From: an uncultured delta proteobacterium
Lineage (GTDB): Bacteria; Desulfobacterota; Desulfobacteria; Desulfobacterales; QNYZ01
Direction: 5' to 3'
DNA: 64,000 nucleotides
NCBI GenBank assembly: GCA_963845145.1
Contig: CAWJQU010000004.1
Coordinates: forward strand, 256,001 to 320,000
The position numbers and the translations under genes were made by a program. Numbering within the stretch: the stretch's first letter is position 1; the number at the start of each line of letters is the position of its first letter. Positions 42,817 through 52,453 of the stretch are shown in pieces. The notes beneath the pieces were generated by a model. The model saw only the letters and a list, made by a program, of their open reading frames with translations, was not told the origin of the DNA and searched no databases.

Positions 42817-42840
42817 GAACGCTGAGCCCTTGCGGGCTTG

Positions 42841-43764
42841 TCATGCGGGTTTTTCGTATTTGTACTGTAGGAGAAAATCAAACATCGCTTGAGCGAGAGG
42901 AGAAACGGCTCTTCTTTTATCCCTGATTAAAAAAAAGTAGCGGCGCATGGTGAGCCCCTTGACGCGAAGGATCTTAATCATTCCCGCTTTTATTTCAGTT
43001 TCAACCGCTTTTGATGACAGGATAGATATTCCCAGACCGGATTTAACCCCCTCCTTGACAGCCGTTGACGACCCAAAGCGTGCAATGACTTTCAGTGTTT
43101 CAAGTGATTTTATTGATGAGCCTTTAAGGTATTTTTCAATGATACTTAAGGTCCCCGATCCGGACTCGCGAAGGATAAAGGGCTCTTCCGCCAGTTCTTC
43201 CGGGGAAATGATTTTTCTTTGCGCCCATTGATGACGGTTTGGTAGCGCTACGACGAGTTCATCTTGCCAAATTTCTGTTTGGTCGCAATTCTTGTTGGTG
43301 CTTCGGGACCCGATAATACCCAGTTCGAGTTCAGCGTCTAATACCCGTTTTTCAATCTCCCCTGTATCCGCAATAGACAAAACCGTTGTCACTAGTGGAT
43401 ACTTTTGGCTGAAAGCCCCGATGGCTTTTGGGAGAATATACTCGCCTGGTATGGTGCTCCCCCCCATATTCAACTGGCCGCGCTTCAATCCGAGAAACGC
43501 TTCCATTTCCAATGCCGTGGTTCGTTTCATATCCAATAAGACAACGGCACGTTTGTAGAGCAACTCACCTGCACGGGTCGGTTTAATCCGGCGGCCCATG
43601 CGATCCAATAACTTCGCACCCACCATCTCCTCCAACGAGGCGACCCGATCGCTGACCGTGGGCTGTGTCAAATAAATGGCTTCGGCCGCCTTGGAAAAAC
43701 TTCCCAGTTCAACGACTTTACAGAAAATTTCGAGGCGTCGAAAATCAAAATCGATGGTTGTCAT
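42841..43764 (-). CDS. LysR regulator (CysL-like / selenium-metabolism-associated type)
   Basis: GSFSKAAE..LTQPTVS, GSTIPGEYILP, RESGSGT, SSTAVKEGV. Confidence 0.88.
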   Translation of the reverse strand: MTTIDFDFRRLEIFCKVVELGSFSKAAEAIYLTQPTVSDRVASLEEMVGAKLLDRMGRRIKPTRAGELLYKRAVVLLDMKRTTALEMEAFLGLKRGQLNMGGSTIPGEYILPKAIGAFSQKYPLVTTVLSIADTGEIEKRVLDAELELGIIGSRSTNKNCDQTEIWQDELVVALPNRHQWAQRKIISPEELAEEPFILRESGSGTLSIIEKYLKGSSIKSLETLKVIARFGSSTAVKEGVKSGLGISILSSKAVETEIKAGMIKILRVKGLTMRRYFFLIRDKRRAVSPLAQAMFDFLLQYKYEKPA

Positions 43765-43860
43765 AAGATAGTATCTCTACTTGAAGCGCAACCCACTTTC
43801 CCAGCTTGGGTTTTAGAAGTAGCCGTATATGTTGATTCTGGTTCAGTGGGCATGTCCGCG

Positions 43861-44274
43861 TTATTTTTCTTCCACTGGAAATTTGGCTTTGGACCACGCT
43901 TTCCATCCACCTTGTAGTGCAAAAACCTTTTGATACCCTAAATCGCTGAGTAGCCTGGCCACACGGGCACTGGTTGCTTCGTGCGGTCAGGCGCAATAGG
44001 TGACCAATGTGTTCTCTTTTGAAAACTTTGAAGCCCAGGTCTTAACCTTGGTCGGATCTTCCCGGACGGCCCCTTTAATTTTTAATGGGCTTATTTCCCA
44101 GTCCTTTATGTCTCGCACGTCGATGACGACCACGTCAGGATTTTCCAGTTTATCATTTAACGTCTCTATGGTTATTTTTAAACCCTCGCCCGCCGAGACA
44201 TAAGGCGGCCCTGAGATAAAAAGGGTCAAAGTGATAATCAGGCCCAGAATATATTTTCTCTTCACTTGCATCAT
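43861..44274 (-). CDS. Exported rhodanese-like selenoprotein, Sec at UGA 43987-43989
   Basis: IDVR...IKGA...VTYCA-U-PHEATSARVARLLSDLGYQKVFALQGGWKAWSKAKFPVEEK-stop; readthrough completes the rhodanese fold. Confidence 0.88.
43954..43973 (-). promoter_or_regulatory. Candidate bacterial SECIS (rhodanese)
   Basis: CC-AGU-GCC-CGUGU-GGC-CA-GG; GU at +23/+24; weak stem. Confidence 0.45.
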
Positions 44275-44549
44275 CCCTCTCCTTTTATCAGGCAGTTACA
44301 GCATATAATACCTTACTATATACTAAGTTAAGTGGCCGATTAGCATTGTCAATTTCGCTGGTTATACCCGGCGATGGTCACCTTTTCGGTCCCAATTGAG
44401 TACCAGGCCGTTTCCGGCCCTTGTTATAGCCTCCTGAGCGTCTGATTCTTGAAATGTACTCAAATCGACACCATCTTAGTGTTTCTATAAACAGGCCACC
44501 AATGAGAATATCTGCACAGCCTGAAAGACCCGGAAAAGGTAGGTTTGAA

Positions 44550-46862
44550 ATGAATGCTGTCCAGAGACAGTTACCATTACTTATCATGTTTTCCCTGTTG
44601 ATACTATTATATCTAGCCGACGACGTTGCTGCAAAGGAGCCCGTTATGCCATATCCACCCGAGTTGAAACAAAAACTGGCGGAAGCCTTGACTGCTAAGG
44701 GTGCGAACTACAAACCTCGCACCAAGCACCTGTTAGATGACGGTCGACCCAAATATACCAACCGGCTAATTCTTGAAGGGTCACCCTATCTCTTACAGCA
44801 TGCCCATAATCCGGTAGACTGGTTTGCCTGGGGCGATGAAGCGTTTGAAACAGCTAAAAATTTAGGCCGACCTGTGTTGCTCTCTGTTGGATATTCCACC
44901 TGCCATTGGTGTCATGTCATGGAAGAAGAGTCCTTCGAGGATGAAGAAGTCGCGCAATTTATGAATGAAAATTATATTCCCATTAAGGTCGACCGAGAAG
45001 AACGCCCGGATGTCGACGCCATCTATATGGCGGGGGTGCAAGCTATTGCCGGGAGCGGCGGTTGGCCCATGACCGTTTGGTTGACGCCTGATCGCCGACC
45101 GTTTTACGGGGGAACCTATTTTCCGGCACGGGACGGGGATCGCGGAGCACCCGTCGGGTTTCTCACACTATTGAAAAAAATATCCGCTATGTATCACGCT
45201 GAACAAAACAAAATTCAGGAAGCGGGTGAAGCGTTGACCCATGCCATTCAAAAGCAACTTCGGCCGGTCGCCGGGGACCATTTACCGGGTACGGAACTGT
45301 TGCATAAAGTCATGGAGAATTACCAAGCGTATCATGATTCCCAAAATGGCGGCATGAGCGGTAAACCAAAATTTCCCAGCAATTTACCGGTGCGGCTTCT
45401 ATTGCGCTACCATCGTCGTACCGGGAATGAAAAGATTTTACACATCGCTCGGCTGACGCTGGAAAAAATGGCAGCCGGTGGGATCTACGACCATGTGGGC
45501 GGCGGGTTTCACCGCTATGCCACCGATAACATATGGCTGGTCCCCCATTTCGAAAAGATGCTTTACGATAACGCTCTTTTGGTGATGGATTATCTGGAAG
45601 GCTATCAGGTGACAGGCGAGGATGATTTTAAACGGATTGTCGAAGAAGTACTCCACTATGTGAAACGGGATATGACTTCTCCTTTGGGGGCATTTTACTC
45701 TGCCACGGACGCCGACAGTTTAAATCTCGAGGGCCACCGGGAAGAGGGCTATTATTTTACCTGGACCCCGGAGGAACTGGCGTCGGTTCTGGGAAACGAC
45801 CGGGCGAAGATCGTGAAGGCTTTTTATGCCGTAGGGAAAACGCCCAATTTCGAAGGGCGTCATATTCTTCATACACCTAAACCCGTAGCCGATATCGTCA
45901 AGGCCCTTGATATCTCAAAAGAGACGCTGCTGACAACCATTGCCGAGGCTCGGGAAATCCTTTACCAAAAGCGGAATCAACGCCCCCTGCCGTTAAGGGA
46001 CGAAAAAATCCTGACGGCCTGGAACGGACTGATGATTTCGGCCTACGCTAAGGCCGGCCTCATTTTAGGCGATGCCCAATATACGCAGCAAGGGGTGCAG
46101 GCAGCAAAATTTATTCTGAAAAACCTGTATCTAAAAGGAAAATTATACCGCAGTTACAAAGACGGCCAAGCCCGTCATGCGGCTTATCTGGACGACTTCG
46201 CTTTTTTTATCGCAGCGCTTATCGATCTGTATGAAGCGACCCAGGATATCGAGTGGCTGAAGCAGGCCATAGCGCTGGATCAGATTCTCCAGGTTCACTA
46301 TGAGGATCGGGAAAACGGTGGTTTTTTTATGACTGCAAAGGGGCAGAAAGGGCTCATTGCCCGGGAAAAACCCAACTATGACGGCGCCGAACCTTCGGGC
46401 AATTCCGTTGCTTTGTTGAATCTGTTGAAGTTAGGTGAATATACAACGAAAGATGATTATCGGGTACGGGCGGAAAAGATGCTGACCGCCTTTTTGGGCG
46501 GCTCGTCATCACAACCGATGGGCTTGTCTCAAATGCTGATTGCACTTGATTTTCAATCCGACCAGGCCAAGGAGATTGTCATTGTGTCCCCTTCGGGCAA
46601 GGCTGAAGAAGCCGAGTTGTACCTTGCAGAATTCAGGCGCCTTTTTTTGCCGAATCGTATCTTAACGGTGGCCGAGGAAGGCGAAGAAGTCGAATCGCAT
46701 GCAGCCTTGATACCGGTGGCCGGTAAAAAATCGGTGCTCATGGGAAAAGCCACAGCCTATGTGTGCTTAAAAGGCGTTTGTAAGTTACCGGCCACGGATC
46801 CGACCTTATTTAAGGCGCAGCTTAGTGAGGTGGAAATAGTAACTGAACCGGACAATAAATGA
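44550..46862 (+). CDS. YyaL/SSP411-like thioredoxin (DUF255) plus alpha/alpha toroid protein, with signal peptide
   Basis: [36 protein letters not shown]; hydrophobic N-terminus from ATG 44550. Confidence 0.92.
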   Translation: MNAVQRQLPLLIMFSLLILLYLADDVAAKEPVMPYPPELKQKLAEALTAKGANYKPRTKHLLDDGRPKYTNRLILEGSPYLLQHAHNPVDWFAWGDEAFETAKNLGRPVLLSVGYSTCHWCHVMEEESFEDEEVAQFMNENYIPIKVDREERPDVDAIYMAGVQAIAGSGGWPMTVWLTPDRRPFYGGTYFPARDGDRGAPVGFLTLLKKISAMYHAEQNKIQEAGEALTHAIQKQLRPVAGDHLPGTELLHKVMENYQAYHDSQNGGMSGKPKFPSNLPVRLLLRYHRRTGNEKILHIARLTLEKMAAGGIYDHVGGGFHRYATDNIWLVPHFEKMLYDNALLVMDYLEGYQVTGEDDFKRIVEEVLHYVKRDMTSPLGAFYSATDADSLNLEGHREEGYYFTWTPEELASVLGNDRAKIVKAFYAVGKTPNFEGRHILHTPKPVADIVKALDISKETLLTTIAEAREILYQKRNQRPLPLRDEKILTAWNGLMISAYAKAGLILGDAQYTQQGVQAAKFILKNLYLKGKLYRSYKDGQARHAAYLDDFAFFIAALIDLYEATQDIEWLKQAIALDQILQVHYEDRENGGFFMTAKGQKGLIAREKPNYDGAEPSGNSVALLNLLKLGEYTTKDDYRVRAEKMLTAFLGGSSSQPMGLSQMLIALDFQSDQAKEIVIVSPSGKAEEAELYLAEFRRLFLPNRILTVAEEGEEVESHAALIPVAGKKSVLMGKATAYVCLKGVCKLPATDPTLFKAQLSEVEIVTEPDNK

Positions 46863-47026
46863 CGGATTATAACGCCAGCCATAAGGCCCTTTTGGAAGAA
46901 TATGGAGGCACAGCACTTCCTTTTGCACTGCTCATAGCGCCGGATGGAAATGTAAAATGGAGATTTACCGGAATGTTTTCGGCCACGGCCCTGATCCAGG
47001 CCATCCATGATGTGTCGAAACCATAA
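46859..47026 (+). pseudogene. 55-aa ORF resembling the C-terminal half of a thioredoxin fold
   Basis: [49 protein letters not shown]...; ATGA overlap with the yyaL stop; no CxxC. Confidence 0.5.
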
Positions 47027-47098
47027 CCGTATTTGATTTAGTCGTCACCCCAAGGTATTGTAGCGTTGGTGGGTAATGGTCATGTGAGGTGTTAAACA

Positions 47099-47890
47099 AT
47101 GAGCGTCGATTTGCGACAGTTGAAAAATAGAGCTGCAGCCAGGCTGTTAACAAAGTACCCGGTTTTGCTCGACCAATGGGCTAAAAGTGCGCCGATAATT
47201 ACCTTCTCGGATACGCCCTGGTCGCCACTCGTGACCAAGATCAATCAGTGCCGTCTGGCGCTCGTTACCACCGGAGGGGTGCGTCTTGAATCCCAGGAAC
47301 CATTTGATATGCATGACCCGGATGGCGATCCCGGTTTTCGGGAAATCCCCAACAGTGCTTCTTTATCGGACTTAACCATTACGCATAATTATTATGACGG
47401 TAGAGATGCCGAGGAAGATATCAATATTATTTTCCCGATCCATCGTGTGGCCGATTTGAAGCAAGCCGGTGAGATAAAATCGGTCAATCATCGGCATTTC
47501 TCCTTCATGGGACACATTAAAGGGCATCATATCGATACACTGGTGGAAAAGAGCGCACCGAAGGTGGCCGCCGCGCTCAAAAAGGACGATGTCGACATCG
47601 TCATTCTGACGCCGGGATGAGGTTTGTGTAATCAATCCGTTGGGTTGATTCAACGTGTCATCGAGCAAGAGAAGATCAGCACCATATCCATCTCTTTATC
47701 CCGCGAGGTAACCCGAAAGGTTCGACCGCCCAGGGCGTTATTCCCGGGATTTCCCATGGGCCATCCCATCGGTTATCCCTATCAGGTAGATCAACAATTA
47801 AATGTATTGCGTTATTTATTGTATTGCCTGGAGACGATAACAAAACCTGGAATCCTGGTAGAAGTGGACTTAGGGCAATCCAAGATTTAA
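47099..47890 (+). CDS. PrdB/GrdB-like selenoprotein B, Sec at UGA 47618-47620
   Basis: LALVTTGGV, PFD...GDPGFREIP, DINIIFP, SFMG, then ILTPG-U-GLCNQSVGLIQRVIE...VRPPRAL..GFPMGHP; two track ORFs are one frame. Confidence 0.9.
47630..47650 (+). promoter_or_regulatory. Candidate bacterial SECIS (selenoprotein B)
   Basis: AAUCAAUCC-GUU-GGGUUGAUU; loop G at +19. Confidence 0.75.
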
Positions 47891-47928
47891 GTCCATCCCG
47901 TCCAATGATTTAAGTCTAATAGGTTTGC

Positions 47929-48735
47929 ATGGCCATGAAGGTTAAGCAGGATACCCTATTCAAAACGGTCGCTTTCGAATTAACACATTTCATTTACGGT
48001 TTTCTGCTAATTTTTGGCTTGATCATTTTTTCATATTCTCTATCGGCTGCCCAGGAAGAATTGCGGGTCGGACATTTTTCCAACACCCGACCGGGTGACG
48101 GCCTCCCCGATGGTTGGGAACCGCTGTTATTTAAAAGAATCGAACAACATACAAAATATACTCTGGTCAAGGATTCCGGCCAGACCGTCGTAAGAGCGGA
48201 TAGCAAGGCCAGTTCATCAGGATTGATTCGGCATGTTCAAATCGACCCTAAAAAATATTCGACCATTGAGTGGCGCTGGAAGATTTCCAATACTTACGAA
48301 AAGGGAGATGTTACCCGAAAAGAAGGCGATGATTATCCAGCCCGGATCTATATTGCCTTTGAATTCGACCCGAAAGAAGCCGGCACATTGGAAAGGACCA
48401 AGTATCGAGCGCTTGAGATTATTTTTGGAAAAAAACCGCCTGTCGCTGCAATCAACTATATCTGGGCCAGCAAAGCCCTGGAGGGCACCGTGGTGCCGAG
48501 CCCGTATACAGGGCAATCCATGATGATCGTGGTACAAAGCGGAGAAGCGAAAACAAACCAATGGATCACCGTAAAGCGCGACATCGTTGCTGACTACATG
48601 GCTGCTTTTGGGGAAAAACCACCGATGATTTCAGCTATTGCCATTATGACCGACAGCAATGATACCGGGGAGGCTGCCATCGGGTACTATGGCGATATCG
48701 TCATGAAAGCCCAGACCAGGGGGTTTTCGAAGTAA
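47929..48735 (+). CDS. DUF3047 exported protein
   Basis: WRWK, GDDYPARIY, INYIW, IMTDSNDTG...YYGDI. Confidence 0.85.
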   Translation: MAMKVKQDTLFKTVAFELTHFIYGFLLIFGLIIFSYSLSAAQEELRVGHFSNTRPGDGLPDGWEPLLFKRIEQHTKYTLVKDSGQTVVRADSKASSSGLIRHVQIDPKKYSTIEWRWKISNTYEKGDVTRKEGDDYPARIYIAFEFDPKEAGTLERTKYRALEIIFGKKPPVAAINYIWASKALEGTVVPSPYTGQSMMIVVQSGEAKTNQWITVKRDIVADYMAAFGEKPPMISAIAIMTDSNDTGEAAIGYYGDIVMKAQTRGFSK

Positions 48736-48804
48736 AAAATCGAATAGTGTTTCCGAAATCCTGTTTTATTTTGCCGTATCTAAATGCTTTAGAGGAGAAT
48801 TTCC

Positions 48805-49833
48805 ATGCAAGCGTTAACCTTTGACGATGTCCTTTTAGTCCCCTCATACAACCATTGGGAGTCCCGCAGGGTTGTGGATATTTCGATAACCAGTAAAGCT
48901 GGAAAACTCGTTTTGGGTTTACCGTTGATGACATCCAATATGGATACGGTTACCGAGGACAAGATGGCCAATTTTATTGGTGAAAAAGGGGGGATGGGTG
49001 TTCTGCATCGTTTTATGACCATCGAAAGAAATATTGAGGTCTTTAAAGCATGTCGATTCCCCGCGTTTGTCTCCATCGGGTGCGCGGCCGAAGATTTCGA
49101 AAGGGCCGAGGCCTTAAAAGATGCCGGTGCGGATTTGTTCTGTATGGATGTGGCCCACGCCCATGCCCGCTATGTGGGTAAAACCATGAAAAAGATTCGC
49201 GCTTTACTGGGAAAGGAGTCCTGCATCATGGTGGGTAATGTGGCAACCTACGCTGGAGCCGATTATCTGGCGTCGTGCGGTGCGGACATCATTAAAGTTG
49301 GTATTGGCGGCGGATCGGTGTGTACCACCCGCATAAAGACTGGTTTTGGCGTGCCTAACCTGACAGCCATCAAATCGTGCGCACGAGTGGATCGCTCCAT
49401 CGTAGCCGATGGCGGGATCCGTACACCGGGTGATATCGTTAAAGCCTTAGCGTTTGGTGCGGATTTTGTCATGCTGGGCGGCATGTTTTCCGGAACACGC
49501 CCCACGCCGGGCCCGGTGCTGGAACGAAAAGATGAACAGGGTAACATTAAAAAAATAAAAATTTACAGAGGCATGGCCAGCAGCGAGGCGCAGGAAGAAT
49601 TCCATGGCGAAATGGCCGATTGGAAAACCGCCGAAGGTGTGGCAACCGAAATTCCCTATCTTGAAACCGAGGATGCCATTGTTGCCGATATCATTGGCGG
49701 CTTGCGATCGGGGCTAACCTATGGTGGCGCCGCCACCATTCGCGAACTACAACGCAAACTGGATTATATTGAAATCACGCCGGCCGGCCGGATAGAGAGT
49801 CTGGCACATCGGCAATTCAGGGATGGAAACTAA
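48805..49833 (+). CDS. GMP reductase / IMP dehydrogenase family protein without CBS domains
   Basis: LTFDDVLLVP, SNMDTV, KVGIGGGSVCTTR, ADGG, YRGMAS. Confidence 0.88.
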   Translation: MQALTFDDVLLVPSYNHWESRRVVDISITSKAGKLVLGLPLMTSNMDTVTEDKMANFIGEKGGMGVLHRFMTIERNIEVFKACRFPAFVSIGCAAEDFERAEALKDAGADLFCMDVAHAHARYVGKTMKKIRALLGKESCIMVGNVATYAGADYLASCGADIIKVGIGGGSVCTTRIKTGFGVPNLTAIKSCARVDRSIVADGGIRTPGDIVKALAFGADFVMLGGMFSGTRPTPGPVLERKDEQGNIKKIKIYRGMASSEAQEEFHGEMADWKTAEGVATEIPYLETEDAIVADIIGGLRSGLTYGGAATIRELQRKLDYIEITPAGRIESLAHRQFRDGN

Positions 49834-49858
49834 CATGTTAGTACCTTAAGATCATTAC

Positions 49859-50995
49859 TCATCGGCCAAATGAAACCTGTGCCAGCCAATTGGCCGCTGC
49901 CCGGACCTCAATACCATTGGGAAATGTCTTTTCCTTTTGTAGATTTTTAACGATTTGTATCTTTTTGATATTCGTCAGGTAGTTGTTAAAGTGGGTAAAG
50001 TGTTTGCTTGGATGACCATCGCTCCATTTCACCTCCAATAGCATACAGGGGGTTTCATTTTTAACGATTAAAAAATCAATCTTTTTGCCATCTTTGGTTC
50101 TCACGAAATGGAGTCCCACTGACTCTCCATAACAATCCTGCCGGTAGTGGGCTTCCTTTAACAAGGCGCAGGCCGTAAGATTTTCAAGTTTAATCCCATC
50201 ATCGCCGATGACCTGACCGGTGTCGTAAAAATATATTTTTGGCGCTTTGACCAGTGATCGGGCGATATTTTTATGATAGGGCGTTACCCGAAAAATCACA
50301 TACATATTCTCCAAGATGGTAAGCCAGCGTTTAATTGTTTTATCCGAACATTGCAGGTCCTCAGATAGTGATTTGTAAGAAACAGGAGCGCCAACCCGCT
50401 TTCGCAACAGCTGAATCAGTGTTTCTATAGTGCTGATGTGGCGAACGCTTTCCAAGTCAAGCAGGTCTTGCCGCAATATAATGTCCAGGTGAGATCGTTT
50501 CCAGCGATTGTAAAAACGATTATCGCCCTTTAGGTACGGCTCGGGGAACCCACTCACCGCCATCAGTGTCTTCAACGCAGTATCCAGATCTTCCGTTTGC
50601 AGTGCAGTACGTATCTCTTTTAAATCCAGGGGGTGAAGCCGATACTGAAAAAAGCGGCCAGCCAGAGAGTCCCCCATTTTTTTATAGGTGTCCAGTTTGG
50701 CACTGCCCGTTACCAGCATCGAAGGCGGCCTTTTTTCGGTATCATATATGCCCTTTAACCATGATTTCCACTGTTTCATTTTGTGTAATTCATCAAAAAT
50801 AACCAGTGGTTTCGATCGATCCCAGCTTTTTTCAAGCAAGTCAAGGCGGTGTTCGGCATTATCAAAATTATAATAGTCGTAACTGTCCGAAAGCATTTTT
50901 GACAGCGTGGTTTTACCGCTCTGACGCGGTCCTGTAAGCATCACGATTTTTTCTGGAAAATCGACTTTGATATATTTTTCAAGGGTTCTGCGCAT
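49859..50995 (-). CDS. AAA+ ATPase with DUF4143
   Basis: GPRQSGKTT, FDE, TGS, SLAGR, GFPE, KIYFYDTG, EVK. Confidence 0.9.
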   Translation of the reverse strand: MRRTLEKYIKVDFPEKIVMLTGPRQSGKTTLSKMLSDSYDYYNFDNAEHRLDLLEKSWDRSKPLVIFDELHKMKQWKSWLKGIYDTEKRPPSMLVTGSAKLDTYKKMGDSLAGRFFQYRLHPLDLKEIRTALQTEDLDTALKTLMAVSGFPEPYLKGDNRFYNRWKRSHLDIILRQDLLDLESVRHISTIETLIQLLRKRVGAPVSYKSLSEDLQCSDKTIKRWLTILENMYVIFRVTPYHKNIARSLVKAPKIYFYDTGQVIGDDGIKLENLTACALLKEAHYRQDCYGESVGLHFVRTKDGKKIDFLIVKNETPCMLLEVKWSDGHPSKHFTHFNNYLTNIKKIQIVKNLQKEKTFPNGIEVRAAANWLAQVSFGR

Positions 50996-51030
50996 GTTGA
51001 CTAAAATGCTATATAATCCGAAAAAGTCAA

Positions 51031-51060
51031 GACTATTTCGGATTTAAGATCGAAATAGTC
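51031..51060. promoter_or_regulatory. Perfect inverted repeat abutting the -35 of the ATPase gene
   Basis: GACTATTTCG-N10-CGAAATAGTC, immediately followed on the minus strand by TTGACT. Confidence 0.55.
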
Positions 51061-51255
51061 ATTGTGGGAGGCGGTTGGGTTCTGCGGAACTACCCAAGGA
51101 ACTCGAAATTATGTCGGTATCGAATTCTCTTTGCTCAAAATGCAATATGGAAGTGATAACAGGGATGTTTTCATTATCTGCTGGAGCAATAATTTCTCGC
51201 TTTGCCCATCAAATGATATAAGGATGATGCGTTGTGCCGATCTGCACAGACAACG

Positions 51256-51876
51256 CTACTGCTCCGTCATGGCTAATTTGATACCCAAAGCAGCGAAGGT
51301 GGCGGCAAAGGATCGTTGCAACCAGAGAATCAACCGTGGAGAGGTTACGGCGTATTGTCTTACCCCATTGGCCAACATCCCATAGAGAATAAAAATGACC
51401 AACGTGAGGGCCATGAACGCAATGCTGAGAATAACCATTTGAAACATAGGGGATGAAGCATTTGGTGTGACAAATAGTGGCAGAAAAGCCAGGAAAAAAA
51501 TCGATAATTTGGGATTAAGAATATTGATTAAAAAACCTCTTTTAACGATTTGTCCCAATCCCTTTTGGGGGTCAACTGAATTAAATTTTAAGCCGCCTTT
51601 GTCATGCCACATCGCCCAGGCCAGATAGAGCAAATAGGCCGCACCGGCAAACTTGATACCTTGGAAAGCAAGGGCGCTCATATGAAAAATGGCCGATAGT
51701 CCCAGGATACTTGCCGTTACATGGGGGATAATTCCAGCGGTGCAACCGATTGCAGCCGCAATACTGGCGCGTTTGCCCAGAAAAAGACCTGTCGATACCG
51801 TATAAATAACGCCCGTCCCGGGTATCAATACAACGACCAGTGAGGTAACCAAAAATTCCGCACTAAACATGATCAT
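51256..51876 (-). CDS. LysE/RhtB family exporter
   Basis: IPGTG, GAAYLLYLAW, NILNPK. Confidence 0.92.
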   Translation of the reverse strand: MIMFSAEFLVTSLVVVLIPGTGVIYTVSTGLFLGKRASIAAAIGCTAGIIPHVTASILGLSAIFHMSALAFQGIKFAGAAYLLYLAWAMWHDKGGLKFNSVDPQKGLGQIVKRGFLINILNPKLSIFFLAFLPLFVTPNASSPMFQMVILSIAFMALTLVIFILYGMLANGVRQYAVTSPRLILWLQRSFAATFAALGIKLAMTEQ

Positions 51877-51897
51877 CTCCTGTTAAAATACATAACA

Positions 51898-52401
51898 TTA
51901 CCCTGCCAGCCTGTCCCAAGCAATCTTGATACTCACATACAGTACAATAAACAACAGAAACAAAGATTGGAGTGTGCCAAAGAAAATGACGCCAATGAAC
52001 AACCGTTGCAAAATAAAAACGATGACAAAAGTAGCACCAATCATCAGCATAAACCCTGACAACCGTTTGAAACCGGGGATATCTGTCATTCGGGTCTTTC
52101 TCCCAATGATTTTAATGGTAACAGCCATGGAAGCAATGGGAAGAAAATAGGCAAGGATGTTGACTTTCAGGATATCAAGTCGTTGCAAACCGACGGTGTA
52201 ACAACAAAGAACAATGGCCAGAACACCGGGAACGCAGGTGGCATACATTATTACCGAATAGATATAGCGCAAAGGCGAGCGGCGATTGATTCGGCCAATT
52301 GATAATGTGGCAATTAAAGCCAAAACCGGAATAAGTATCATATAAGTGCTGACATGAATGGGGTGGTGGTTGGCCCATTCAATGAGCTTTGAGATTGTCA
52401 T
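51898..52401 (-). CDS. Hypothetical membrane protein
   Basis: Four to five TM segments. Confidence 0.7.
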   Translation of the reverse strand: MTISKLIEWANHHPIHVSTYMILIPVLALIATLSIGRINRRSPLRYIYSVIMYATCVPGVLAIVLCCYTVGLQRLDILKVNILAYFLPIASMAVTIKIIGRKTRMTDIPGFKRLSGFMLMIGATFVIVFILQRLFIGVIFFGTLQSLFLLFIVLYVSIKIAWDRLAG

Positions 52402-52453
52402 GTTGCTGACCTATGAAAAACAGTGAACCAAAGGTTGACCGCATGGCGATGGG

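Noticed and set aside
42805..42830. Second Sec at the next arsS UGA
   Set aside because: No conserved Cys position there and another UGA follows after five codons
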